A DNA stretch of 64,000 bases from an uncultured delta proteobacterium (GTDB taxonomy: Bacteria; Desulfobacterota; Binatia; HRBIN30; BPIQ01): the NCBI GenBank assembly GCA_963761335.1, contig CAVXGR010000011.1, forward strand, positions 96,001 to 160,000. Direction: 5' to 3'. Below the pieces are notes generated by a model that searched no databases, was not told where the DNA came from, and saw only the letters and a program-made list of their open reading frames with translations. Shown here piece after piece: positions 9,690-19,298 of the stretch (positions within the stretch are counted from its first letter, which is position 1; each line of letters starts with the position of its first letter). A program made the position numbers and the translations under genes.

Positions 9690-9954
9690 GCCCCGGAGGG
9701 GCGCAGGCATGTAGCCCCGGGTGTCAACCCGGGGACCGCGTTCCGATTGGCCCAGATCAGCGCCCCGCAGGGGCGCAGGCGTAGAGGCCGCGTGAGTCAC
9801 CTCGATGGGCTCCCCACGCACCCAGCGGTGATCATCGGCGTACAGGCGTGACATCGACGAAAACTTGCCCGCGCCCCTGCGGGGCGCCTATGACGGAGCG
9901 CGCATTCTTCCCCGGGTTTCACCCGGGGCTACACGCCACCGCCCCTCCGGGGCG
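9690..9954. repeat. REP-like nested inverted-repeat element (GTAG-CCCCGGG family)
   Basis: gccccggaggggcgcaggcatGTAGccccgggtgtcaacccgggg ... ccccgggtttcacccggggCTACacgccaccgcccctccggggc; inner IR cgccccgcaggggcgc/gcgcccctgcggggcg. Confidence 0.8.
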
Positions 9955-10059
9955 AACTTCACTCAGGCGAGAACCTCCAAGTCTCTTGCCGAAGCAGATC
10001 CCCGGCCTCATTTTCATCGTCTACTCGTGAGCCGCAAGGCTCATGATGCACTGTCCCCA

Positions 10060-11862
10060 TCATCGGCCGAGGACAACGATGGCGGTGTCGGCATTCAGAT
10101 TCGGGTCGTCGGTCACCGGCTGCCCGGCGGCGGTGTCGATGTAGATGGCGCGGAGAATGCGAAAGCCCTTGGCGGCGCAGAGGTCCTCGAAGTCGACGAT
10201 CGAGGGAAAGCGGCGGTTCGGGGTGTCGTGCCAGTCGTAGGCGTAGAGACCCGGCTCTTTCGGCACGCGCCCCTGCCGATACAACATCTCGCGCATCGGC
10301 CGGTGGGCGAAGTTGGGAAAGCTGACGATGGCCTCGGCACCGACGCGAACCAGCTCGCGCAGCACCCCGCTGACGTCCTCGATCGACTGCAAGGTCTGCG
10401 ACAACACCACCACGTCGAACTGCCCGGTGGAGAACGCCGACAGGCCGCGATCGACGTCGGCCTGCACGACGTCGAGACCCCGCTCGATGCAGTCGGCGAC
10501 GGCGCTCTCATCGAGCTCGATCCCCATCAGCCGCCGGTTGCCGTGCTGTCGCAGCAGCGCCAGCAGCTCGCCGTTTCCGCAGCCGACGTCGAGAACGCTG
10601 GCGTCGCCGGCAATCAGCTCGGCGATCAGCCGGTAATCGAGGCGGCGGTGGTGAAAGATGCTGGTGGCGTCCTCCCGCGCCCGGTCTTCGATCGCCGCCT
10701 CCGGGGCTTCGCCGCGCAGGTGGCCGAGAAACGCCGCAATCATGCGGCCGCCGGTGGCCAGCCCTTCCTCGAGGAGGAAGGAGTCGTGGCCGCCGAGGCT
10801 CTCGATGTTGCAGTAGCTCACCGGCTTGCGCTCGGCGAGCAGGGCGCCCACCAGCTCGCGGCTCTGCTCGGGCAGATACAGCCAGTCGCTGCTGAAGCTC
10901 AGGATCAGCCACCGGCACCGCGAGGGCCGCAGGGCGGCGCGCAGCTTCTCCGGGGTGTCGCCGAGGTCGAACAGGTCCATCGCCATCGACAGGGTGATGT
11001 AGCTGTTGGCGTCGAAACGCTCGACGAACTTGTGGCCCTGGTATGCGAGATAGGAGCCCACGGAAAACTTCTTCTCGAAGGCGGTGGAGACCTCGCGCGG
11101 CGCGAAGCGCGTCGGATCGAACTTGCGCTGCATCGCTTCACTGGACAGGTAGGTGACGTGCGCGAGCATGCGGGCGATCGCCAGCCCGGCCTCCGGCGCC
11201 GGCCCATCGTAGTACTGGCCGCCGCGGAAACGAACGTCCTGGGTGATGGCATTGCGACCGACCACGTCGAAGGCGAGCGCCTGCGCGTTCAGCCGCGGCG
11301 AGGTGGCCACGGCGACGCAGCCGCGCACCTTGTGCGGGAGAGCGGTCGCCCACTCCAGCGCCTGGAAGCCGCCGAGCGAGCCGCCGACCACCGCATGCAG
11401 ACAGCCGACACCAAGGTGCTCGAGGAGCAGCGCCTGGAGCCGCACCATGTCGCCGACGGTAACCACCGGGAAGTCGGAGCCGTAGGGCTTGCCGGTGCGC
11501 GGGTTGGTGAAGTTCGGTCCGCTGGTGCCCCGACAGCCGCCGAGGACGTTGGAGCAAACGACGAAGTAGCGCGAGGTGTCGATGGGCCGTCCCGGACCGA
11601 CCATCACCTCCCACCACCCCGGAGCGTCGGCCTCGTCATGGCGGGCGACGTGGGAATCGCCGCTGACGGCGTGGCAGACGAGGACGGCGTTGTCGCCGTT
11701 CGGGCTCAGCCGGCCGTAGGTCTCATAGCAGACGGCGACCGAGTCGAGGACGCCGCCGCTCTCCAGCGGGAAGCGCTGATCGAGGGTCCACGTCTGCGCC
11801 TGCAGCAGAGGCGCGGCGCTGCGGCTGGCGTCGGAGCTGTCGAAGTCGTCGCCTTCGCTCAC
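10060..11862 (-). CDS. metX: Homoserine O-acetyltransferase fused to a C-terminal MetW methyltransferase-like domain
   Basis: LVCHAVSGDSH, GGSLGG nucleophile, GHDSFLL; then VLDVGCGNGELL...FDVVVLSQTLQ...SFPNFAH...WHDTPN (MetW). Confidence 0.92.
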   Translation of the reverse strand: MSEGDDFDSSDASRSAAPLLQAQTWTLDQRFPLESGGVLDSVAVCYETYGRLSPNGDNAVLVCHAVSGDSHVARHDEADAPGWWEVMVGPGRPIDTSRYFVVCSNVLGGCRGTSGPNFTNPRTGKPYGSDFPVVTVGDMVRLQALLLEHLGVGCLHAVVGGSLGGFQALEWATALPHKVRGCVAVATSPRLNAQALAFDVVGRNAITQDVRFRGGQYYDGPAPEAGLAIARMLAHVTYLSSEAMQRKFDPTRFAPREVSTAFEKKFSVGSYLAYQGHKFVERFDANSYITLSMAMDLFDLGDTPEKLRAALRPSRCRWLILSFSSDWLYLPEQSRELVGALLAERKPVSYCNIESLGGHDSFLLEEGLATGGRMIAAFLGHLRGEAPEAAIEDRAREDATSIFHHRRLDYRLIAELIAGDASVLDVGCGNGELLALLRQHGNRRLMGIELDESAVADCIERGLDVVQADVDRGLSAFSTGQFDVVVLSQTLQSIEDVSGVLRELVRVGAEAIVSFPNFAHRPMREMLYRQGRVPKEPGLYAYDWHDTPNRRFPSIVDFEDLCAAKGFRILRAIYIDTAAGQPVTDDPNLNADTAIVVLGR

Positions 11863-11889
11863 GCACAACTCCCGCGGCCGAGCTGCCGC

Positions 11890-13194
11890 TCACTGGCTGG
11901 CGCGCAGCGCCTGGTCGAGGTCGGCGACGATGTCGTCGAGGTCCTCGATGCCGACGGAGACACGCACGTACTCCGGGCTGACGCCGGTGGCCCGCTGCTC
12001 CTCCGGGGTCAGCTGCGAGTGGGTGGTCGAGGCCGGATGGATCACCAGGGTCTTGGCGTCGCCGATGTTGGCGAGATGGCTGGCCAGCTTGACGTTCTCG
12101 ATGAACTTGCGGCCGGCGGCCTCGCCGCCCTTGATGCCGAAGCCGAGCAGCGCCCCGCAACCCCGCGGCAGATAGCGCTTGGCCATCTGGTAATCGCGAT
12201 GACTCGGCAGGCCGGGATAGTTCACCCACTCCACGGAGGCGTGCTTCTCCAGGAAGGCGGCGACCTCCTGGGCGTTCTCGCAATGCCGCTGCATGCGCAG
12301 CGGCACCGTCTCCACGCCGAGCAGGGTGACGAAGGCCGCGAACGGGCTCATCGCCGCACCGGTATCGCGCAGCCAGTGGGTACGCGCGTGCAGCACGTAG
12401 GCGATGTTGCCGATCGGCCGCAGCGCCTCTTCGAAGACGATGCCGTGATAGGACGGCGAAGGGCTGCAGAGCTCCGGCCACTTCTGCGGCGCCGACGCCC
12501 AGGGGAACTTGCCGCTGTCGATGAGGACCCCGCCGACGTGCACTCCGTGGCCGCCGAGGAACTTGGTGGTGGAGTGCACGACGATGTCGACGCCGTGCTC
12601 GATGGGGCGCAGCAGCACCGGCGTCATCACCGTGTTGTCGCACATCGTCGGCAGCCCGTGGGCGTGCGACACCTCGGTGATCTTGGCGAAATCGGGAACG
12701 TCGTTCTTCGGGTTTCCGAGGCTCTCGAAGTAGACGCAGCGGGTATTCTCGTCGACCAGGTCGGCGATCTTCTCCGGAGTGCGCGGATCGAAGAAGCGGA
12801 CCTCGATGCCGAGCTGGCGAAAAGTCTGGGTGAACAGCGTCCAGGTGCCGCCGTAGAGGCTGGTGGCGGAGATGAGGTTCTGGCCGGAGTGGCAGATGGT
12901 CAGGAGGCCGGCGGTGATCGCCGCCTGACCGGAGGCGAACGACAGCGCCGCGGCGCCGCCTTCCATTGCCGCCAGCCTCTTCTCGAGCACGTCGTTGGTC
13001 GGGTTCATGATGCGCGAGTAGATGTTGCCGAACTCGCTCAGGGCGAAGAGATTGGCGGCGTGCTGCGTATCCTTGAAGACGTACGAGGTGGTGGCGTAGA
13101 TCGGCACGGCGCGCGCACCGGTGGTCGGATCCGGCTCCTGGCCGGCATGCAGCGCCATCGTTTCAATCCCCTGGGGCTTCGTCTGCTCGCTCAT
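11890..13194 (-). CDS. metY: O-acetylhomoserine aminocarboxypropyltransferase (sulfhydrylase)
   Basis: PIYATTSY, GNIYSRIMNPT, HSTTKFLGGHG (PLP Lys), HLANIGDAKTLVIHPASTTH. Confidence 0.95.
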   Translation of the reverse strand: MSEQTKPQGIETMALHAGQEPDPTTGARAVPIYATTSYVFKDTQHAANLFALSEFGNIYSRIMNPTNDVLEKRLAAMEGGAAALSFASGQAAITAGLLTICHSGQNLISATSLYGGTWTLFTQTFRQLGIEVRFFDPRTPEKIADLVDENTRCVYFESLGNPKNDVPDFAKITEVSHAHGLPTMCDNTVMTPVLLRPIEHGVDIVVHSTTKFLGGHGVHVGGVLIDSGKFPWASAPQKWPELCSPSPSYHGIVFEEALRPIGNIAYVLHARTHWLRDTGAAMSPFAAFVTLLGVETVPLRMQRHCENAQEVAAFLEKHASVEWVNYPGLPSHRDYQMAKRYLPRGCGALLGFGIKGGEAAGRKFIENVKLASHLANIGDAKTLVIHPASTTHSQLTPEEQRATGVSPEYVRVSVGIEDLDDIVADLDQALRASQ

Positions 13195-13328
13195 CTTTCC
13201 TTCCTCTTCTCCGTTGGGCAGACGTGGAGTCTAGACGACCTCCGCAGGGCGAGACAAGGAGAAGAGGGTCCCAACACCTCAACACCCCGCTTCTTGACCT
13301 GCGCCCGCTCCCCGTCTGTACTGCCGCA

Positions 13329-14855
13329 ATGGCTTGCGCAGCGAAGACCCACATCGCCCTCGTGGCCGCACTGGTGGCGGCGGGGTTCCTGTTCACGGCG
13401 CCGATCCCGGCGCGCGCCTTCGACCTCTCCGAGGTGGCGACCCGGGCCAAGGAGCTTGCCGGCCAGCCGTACGAGAAGCCGACTGGCCAGGTGCCCGACT
13501 GGCTCCTGAACATCTCTTACGATGAGTGGCGCGACATCCGCTTCCGCCCCGACCACGCCCTCTGGCGCGACGACCATCTGCCCTTCCAGGTGCAGTTCTT
13601 TCACCCCGGCCTCTACTACGACCGCACCGTGCGCATCGACGTCGTCGACGGCGGCGAGGTGCACGAGGTGCCGTTCTCGACCGAGCAGTTCGACTACGGC
13701 AAGAATCACTTCGCCGACCGCATCCCCAAGGACATCGGCTACGCCGGCTTCCGCGTTCATTATCCGCTCAACCGTCCGGACTACTACGACGAGCTCATCG
13801 TCTTCCTGGGCGCCAGCTACTTCCGCGCCCTCGGCCGCGGGCAGGTGTACGGCATCTCGGCACGCGCCCTGGCGATCGACACCACTGCGGGCAGCGGTGA
13901 GGAGTTCCCCTACTTCAAGGAGTTCTGGCTGGTGCGTCCCGCCCCGGACGCAACCCAGCTGGTCATCTACGCTCTCCTCGACAGCCCCAGCGCCACCGGC
14001 GCCTACCGTTTCACGGTCATCCCGGGCGTCGAGACGGAGGTCGACGTCGACAGCCGCGTCTTCCTGCGGCGGCAGGTGCAAGTGCTCGGCATCGCGCCGC
14101 TCACCAGCATGTTCTTCCACGGCGAGAACACCCTCGCGCCGGTGATCGACTACCGCCCCGAGGTGCACGACTCCGACGGCCTGCTGCTGCACTTCGACAC
14201 GGGCGAATGGCTGTGGCGACCGCTGGTGAACCCGAAGACGCTTCAGGTCAACACCTTTCAGATGCAGGATCCGCGCGGCCTCGGGCTGCTGCAGCGCGAC
14301 CGCAACTTCGATCACCACCAGGATCTGGAGACCCGCACCGACCTGCGGCCGAGCGTCTGGATCGACACGCGCGGCGACTGGGGCAGCGGCGCCGTCGAGC
14401 TGATGCAGATCCCGACCGACACCGACATCCACGACAACGTCGTCTCCTACTGGGTGCCCGATCGAGAGCCGAAGCCCGGCGAGGCGGCGATCTTCGCCTA
14501 CTCGATGTACTGGTACATGGACGATCCCCGGCGGCCACCCGGCGGGCGCGTGGTCGCCACCCGGCGCGACCTCGGCAAGCAGCCCGATAGCTTCCGCTTC
14601 GTCCTCGACTTCCAGGGGGCAGGCCTCGACGCGCTCGGCGCCGACGAGGCGCCGAGCGCCGTGGTCAGCGTCGCCGGCGGCGAGGACTCCGGCGTGATTC
14701 TCGAGCAGCAGCTCGTCAAGAATCCGGTCACCAACGGTTGGAGGCTCACCTTCATCGTGCAACCGAAGAAGCCGGGAACAGTCGAGCTACGCGCCTTTCT
14801 CCAGCGCAACGGCGACGTTCTCAGCGAGACCTGGTCATACGGAATGGCGCATTGA
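13329..14855 (+). CDS. opgG: Periplasmic glucan biosynthesis protein G
   Basis: FLGASYFRALG..QVYG.SAR.LAIDT, EEFPYF, RPEVHDSDGL, HDNVV.YW, SETWSY. Confidence 0.93.
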   Translation: MACAAKTHIALVAALVAAGFLFTAPIPARAFDLSEVATRAKELAGQPYEKPTGQVPDWLLNISYDEWRDIRFRPDHALWRDDHLPFQVQFFHPGLYYDRTVRIDVVDGGEVHEVPFSTEQFDYGKNHFADRIPKDIGYAGFRVHYPLNRPDYYDELIVFLGASYFRALGRGQVYGISARALAIDTTAGSGEEFPYFKEFWLVRPAPDATQLVIYALLDSPSATGAYRFTVIPGVETEVDVDSRVFLRRQVQVLGIAPLTSMFFHGENTLAPVIDYRPEVHDSDGLLLHFDTGEWLWRPLVNPKTLQVNTFQMQDPRGLGLLQRDRNFDHHQDLETRTDLRPSVWIDTRGDWGSGAVELMQIPTDTDIHDNVVSYWVPDREPKPGEAAIFAYSMYWYMDDPRRPPGGRVVATRRDLGKQPDSFRFVLDFQGAGLDALGADEAPSAVVSVAGGEDSGVILEQQLVKNPVTNGWRLTFIVQPKKPGTVELRAFLQRNGDVLSETWSYGMAH

Positions 14856-14896
14856 GGAGAGTGGCTCGGTTTCTCGGGCATGTGGCTCCGGGTGAG

Positions 14897-15175
14897 GAGG
14901 TTGTCTCAGAACCGTGCCCGTGCCCCTGGCGGGGCACAACGGGCCTGCTTCGGGATCCCCCGGGTCTTCGACAACGGGGCTACACGCCCCCGCCCCTCCG
15001 GGGCAAATGATGTCCAAACCCCCGGCTTCGCGACGTCGGGAAGCCGGGTTCAACCCAAGGAAACAGAGGGCGCCTCGGGGATCGCGCCGCGGAGCGGCGC
15101 GGGCATGTAGCCCCGGGTGAACCCCGGGGCTTCGGTTCGGACAAGGGATTCAGCGCCCCGTCAGGGGCGCGGGCA
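14897..15175. repeat. Cluster of REP-like palindromes (same family as 9690-9954) with a GAGGTTGTCTCAGAA terminus
   Basis: ggggCTACacgcccccgcccctccggggc; gcgcgggcatGTAGccccgggtgaaccccgggg; cgccccgtcaggggcg. Confidence 0.75.
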
Positions 15176-15242
15176 CGTGCGGTTCGAGCTCTGGACCGCC
15201 GGCAACACCTGAGTTTGGGCGCGACCCTGCAGGCTGCAGCCG

Positions 15243-15578
15243 TCAGCGCGCTGCGGCGAGCTGGCCCTCGAGCCTTTCGGCGGAGCTCTTCTCGTCCGCC
15301 TCGCGGCGGATGAGATAGACGAGCGGGCCGACGCTGCCGAGAGCCAGCGTCAGAGCCATATACGGCAGGAAAGAGGCGCCGCGCCTCTGCGCGTCGCGCC
15401 GCATCCAGGTCAGGATCAGGCCGAGGGCGATCACCAGGTCGGCGAACGCCACCGCTGTCGCCGCATTGGCGAGCATGAGCTCGAAGACGCCGACGTAGCC
15501 GTAGGCGTAGACGGCGTAGCCGCTTAGTCCGAGGAAGTCGAGCAGCACCAGCCCGAGGACGATTTGTTTGCCGTTCAT
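15243..15578 (-). CDS. DUF2834-like small membrane protein
   Basis: FADLVIAL..ILTWMRRDA..RG...PY..LTL.LGSVGPLVYL; RBS AAGGAGG. Confidence 0.75.
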   Translation of the reverse strand: MNGKQIVLGLVLLDFLGLSGYAVYAYGYVGVFELMLANAATAVAFADLVIALGLILTWMRRDAQRRGASFLPYMALTLALGSVGPLVYLIRREADEKSSAERLEGQLAAAR

Positions 15579-15822
15579 CGCAGATCCTCCTTTTCCTAGG
15601 GCACGCCCCGCGGGCGTGCCAGTGAGCTTGACCAATCCACTCTTCAAGCTCCGTGCCGCATTCGGCCCGGCATCGGACGCAGAAGGTGAGCCCCCGGCGT
15701 CGGCAACCGCCGTTGCGGTGCCGCCACGGCCGTTGCGCGGCGACAACCCCTTGTGGCCTGGCTGCCGCCCCCCGAGGAGCATCTCGCACTTGCCGGGGTA
15801 GGTGAGCGATAATGGGCGCGGC

Positions 15823-17283
15823 ATGGACTGGTACTTCGGCGACGTGTGGCTGGTGCGGCTGCTCTTCCAGCGCGGACTTGCAGCGATCTATCTCGTCGCT
15901 TTTCTGGTGACCTTGCAGCAGTTCAAGCCGCTTCTCGGCGAGCGCGGTCTGCTGCCCGTGCCGCTCTTCCTGAAGCGCGTCCGCCGCTGGGAGGCACCGA
16001 GCCTCTTCTGCTGGCACTACTCCGATCGGCTGCTGGGCGCGGTCGCCTGGAGCGGCATCCTGCTCTCCGCGGCGGCTCTGTCGGGCCTCTCCGAAGCCGG
16101 GCCCATCTGGGTCTCGGTGGCGACCTGGCTGCTGATGTGGGTCCTGTACCTGTCGATCGTCAACGTCGGCCAGACCTTCTACGGCTTCGGCTGGGAGTCC
16201 ATGCTGCTCGAGGCGGGTTTCTTTGCGGCATTTCTCGGACCCACCTGGATGGCGCCATCACTGGTTCCGGTTCTGATTCTGCGGTGGATGCTCTTCCGCA
16301 CCGAGCTCGGCGCCGGGCTCATCAAGCTCCGCCACGACCGCTGCTGGCGAGAGCTGACCTGCCTCTTCTATCACTACGAGACCCAGCCGCTGCCGAATCC
16401 GCTGAGCTGGTACTTCCACCGCTCGCCCAGGGTCATGCACCGCTTCGCCGTCCTCTTCAGTCACTTCGTGCAGCTGATCGTCCCCTTCGGCCTGTTTGCT
16501 CCGGAGCCGCTCGCCGCCGTCGCCGGGGGGCTGATCATCTTTCACCAGCTCTGGCTGATCGCCAGCGGCAACTACTCGTGGCTGAACTGGCTCACGGTGA
16601 TCCTGGGGATCACCGCCTTCAGCGACTCGACGCTGTCCGTCCTCATACCGTTGGCCGTTCCGGCGACCGGGTTGCGTCCAATCGCCGTCGACGGCGTTCT
16701 GTACGGGCTCGCCGGCGCCACCGCCCTGCTCAGCATCCGCCCCGCCCTGAACCTGTTCTCGCGAAACCAGCTCATGAACTACAGCTACAACCGCTTCCAC
16801 ATCGTCAACACGTACGGCGCCTTCGGGAGCGTCACCAAGAGGCGATACGAAATCGTGATCGAGGGGACGGACGAGACGGCGGTCAGCGACGGAACTCGAT
16901 GGCAGGAGTACGGGTTCAAGGGAAAACCGGGCGACCCGCGGCGGATGCCGCCGCAGGTCGCGCCGTACCATCTGCGGCTGGACTGGCTCGTCTGGTTCCT
17001 TCCCTTCTCGGTGGCCGACGTTGACCGGAGCATCGAGGTGCCGAGATACGAGGTGTGGTTCCTGAGGTTGGTGCGCAGGCTTCTCGAGGACGATCGCGCA
17101 ACTCTGAAGCTGCTGCGGCGCAATCCCTTCGAGAACCGCCGCCCTACCTTCATCCGGGCGCTCTTCTACGAGTATCGCTACACGACCTGGAGCGAGCGGA
17201 AAGACACCGGCGCCTGGTGGAATCGCCGGCTCGTCGACGTGTATCTACCGCCGGTTTCGCTGGACGAGCTGCGGCGGCTGTGA
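15823..17283 (+). CDS. Lipase maturation factor (LMF) family protein
   Basis: FYGFGWESMLLEAGF, GAGLIKLR.D.CW, HYETQPLPNPLSW, YGAFGS, PYHLRLDW. Confidence 0.93.
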   Translation: MDWYFGDVWLVRLLFQRGLAAIYLVAFLVTLQQFKPLLGERGLLPVPLFLKRVRRWEAPSLFCWHYSDRLLGAVAWSGILLSAAALSGLSEAGPIWVSVATWLLMWVLYLSIVNVGQTFYGFGWESMLLEAGFFAAFLGPTWMAPSLVPVLILRWMLFRTELGAGLIKLRHDRCWRELTCLFYHYETQPLPNPLSWYFHRSPRVMHRFAVLFSHFVQLIVPFGLFAPEPLAAVAGGLIIFHQLWLIASGNYSWLNWLTVILGITAFSDSTLSVLIPLAVPATGLRPIAVDGVLYGLAGATALLSIRPALNLFSRNQLMNYSYNRFHIVNTYGAFGSVTKRRYEIVIEGTDETAVSDGTRWQEYGFKGKPGDPRRMPPQVAPYHLRLDWLVWFLPFSVADVDRSIEVPRYEVWFLRLVRRLLEDDRATLKLLRRNPFENRRPTFIRALFYEYRYTTWSERKDTGAWWNRRLVDVYLPPVSLDELRRL

Positions 17284-17314
17284 AGATATTGACTGCTGTC
17301 CCTTGCGGATTCCG

Positions 17315-17472
17315 TCATTCTCATTCTCATTACAGGTCCCGTCGTTTTCCATTATCTCTGAAAGCCGCGTGACCCGCCGCGCTGGCTTGGCCCCGCGACA
17401 CCGACACTCCCGGACCGATCAGTGAAATGGAAAACGACGGCATGAGAACCGGGGACGACGGAACGGGGAATG
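17315..17472. repeat. MITE-like inverted-repeat element (family with 56149-56291)
   Basis: cattctcatt...cccgtcgttttccatt ... aatggaaaacgacggcatgagaaccgggga. Confidence 0.75.
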
Positions 17473-17504
17473 CCCCCGGAGCCCCGCCCCCTCAGCGCCT
17501 CCCC

Positions 17505-17801
17505 CTACCCGCCGGCCATGGCGCCGACCACGAGGAAGGGCTCGGTGCCGTTGGCGACGGCGGCGGGCAGCGGTGCGTCCGGCGCCTCGTGGGACAGATC
17601 CTCCTCGCAGGCGAAGAAGCGCACGAACGCCCGGCGCTTCAGCGTGAGCTGGTCGCGGATGGTCCCGCGCAGCATCGGATAGCGCTCCTCGAGAGCGTCG
17701 AGAACGGCGCGCTGCGTGACCGGGCCGTTCACCTCGAGGGCCACCTCGCGCTCGACCTGCGCCAGCTTGCGCAGATGCGCCGGGAGGACGACGCGGATCA
17801 T
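17505..17801 (-). CDS. MoaD/ThiS-family ubiquitin-like protein
   Basis: [13 protein letters not shown]...[13 protein letters not shown]...RRAFVRFF; C-terminal AMAGG. Confidence 0.9.
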   Translation of the reverse strand: MIRVVLPAHLRKLAQVEREVALEVNGPVTQRAVLDALEERYPMLRGTIRDQLTLKRRAFVRFFACEEDLSHEAPDAPLPAAVANGTEPFLVVGAMAGG

Positions 17802-18913
17802 GGCAACGTCTGGACCTCGACCGAGAGCACCGGAGGAAGATCGCGGACGATCGGAGCCCAGCTGTCTCCGGCATCCGCCGAGGCGTACACCTGCCCGCCC
17901 GTGGTCCCGAAGTAGACGCCGCAGGCATCGAGCGAGTCGACGGCCATGGCGTCGCGCAAGACGTTGACGTAGCAGTCGCGCTGCGGCAGCCCCTTGGTCA
18001 GCGCCTCCCACTCGTTGCCGCCCGTGCGGCTGCGATAGACACGCAGCTTTCCGTCCAGCGGATAATGCTCCGAGTCGCTCTTGATCGGCACCACGTACAC
18101 CGTGTCGGGCTCGTGGGCGTGCACGTCGATCGGGAAGCCGAAATCGGTCGGCAGGTTGCCGCTGACCTCCTGCCAGGATTCACCGGCGTCGTCGCTGCGC
18201 ATGACGTCCCAGTGCTTTTGCATGAACAGCACCCGCGGGCGGGAACGGTGCATGGCGATACGATGCACGCAGTGACCGACCTCGGCCGTCGGCTCGGGGA
18301 TCTGCTCGGACCGCAAGCCGCGGTTGATCGGCCGCCATGTCCCACCGGCGTCGTCGCTGCGGAACGCCCCCGCCGCCGAGATGGCGATGAACATCCGCTG
18401 CGGATTTTCCGGGTCCAGGAGGATCGTGTGCAGGCACATGCCGCCGGCACCCGGCTGCCATTTGGGGCCGGATCCATGCTCTCGGAGCCCCGGGAGCTCC
18501 TGCCACGACTTCCCGCCGTCGTTCGAGCGGAACAGGGCAGCGTCTTCAACCCCGGCATAGACCGTCTGCGGATCGGTGAGCGACGGCTCGAGATGCCAGA
18601 CGCGCTTGAACTCCCAGGGATGCGGTGTGCCGTCGTACCACTGGTGTGTGCCGGGGACGCCGTCGTACAGGAACTCGTTTCCCACCGACGACCAGCTCTT
18701 GCCGCCGTCGTCGGATCGCTGGATCACCTGTCCGAACCAGCCGCTGCTCTGCGAAGCGTACAGTCGATTCGGGTCCACCGGCGATCCCTTGACGTGGTAG
18801 ATCTCCCAGCCCGCAAAGTGCGGACCGCCAACGTCCCACTTCTCGCGCTTCCCGTCCGATTCAAGAACAAACGCACCCTTCCGCGTGCCCACGAGTACCC
18901 GCACCCTGCTCAT
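17798..18913 (-). CDS. BNR/Asp-box beta-propeller (exo-alpha-sialidase-like) protein
   Basis: Repeated S.DGG.SW Asp boxes; VGTRKGAF start; ATGA overlap with the MoaD-like gene. Confidence 0.9.
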   Translation of the reverse strand: MSRVRVLVGTRKGAFVLESDGKREKWDVGGPHFAGWEIYHVKGSPVDPNRLYASQSSGWFGQVIQRSDDGGKSWSSVGNEFLYDGVPGTHQWYDGTPHPWEFKRVWHLEPSLTDPQTVYAGVEDAALFRSNDGGKSWQELPGLREHGSGPKWQPGAGGMCLHTILLDPENPQRMFIAISAAGAFRSDDAGGTWRPINRGLRSEQIPEPTAEVGHCVHRIAMHRSRPRVLFMQKHWDVMRSDDAGESWQEVSGNLPTDFGFPIDVHAHEPDTVYVVPIKSDSEHYPLDGKLRVYRSRTGGNEWEALTKGLPQRDCYVNVLRDAMAVDSLDACGVYFGTTGGQVYASADAGDSWAPIVRDLPPVLSVEVQTLP

Positions 18914-19044
18914 CGGTCACTCCTTTCCGAGGTCCTGCTGCAATGTCGAACGTGTCGTCTCGGATTCGACATATCGGCGGAAGAAAAAGCAAGAGACGCC
19001 ACTTTCAGGTAGTGCCTCAATTCATTTCGGGCCGTTCGGCGTCG

Positions 19045-19185
19045 CCCTCTCCCGCATTGTTGCCTGCGGGAGAGGGGCAGGGGTGAGGGTGCCGATCTTC
19101 TTCGAAGGTGCGTAGACAACGACGAGCTTTCAGGGAAAGGGACCCCTCACCTGGCCTCTCCCCGCGGAGAATGCGGGGAGAGGGA
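19045..19185. repeat. Inverted pair of CCCTCTCCC...GGGAGAGGG-GGGTGAGGG palindromes (BoxC-like)
   Basis: ccctctcccgca..tgcgggagaggggcaggggtgaggg and cccctcacctggcctctccccgc..gcggggagaggg. Confidence 0.75.
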
Positions 19186-19298
19186 CGCTGGCGCCCGTGC
19201 GTCCGAATCAAACTGATGCACTACCCGCTCTCACTACGCCGCGTACCGGTTCGGCCTCCGCCGGCGCTCCGCTACAATGGGCGAGACAGGAGGTGACG

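Noticed and set aside
13195..13328. SAM riboswitch upstream of metY
   Set aside because: No recognisable SAM-I/II consensus; short region occupied partly by a repeat arm
9865..13509. 1214-aa plus-strand ORF
   Set aside because: Antisense shadow of metXW/metY
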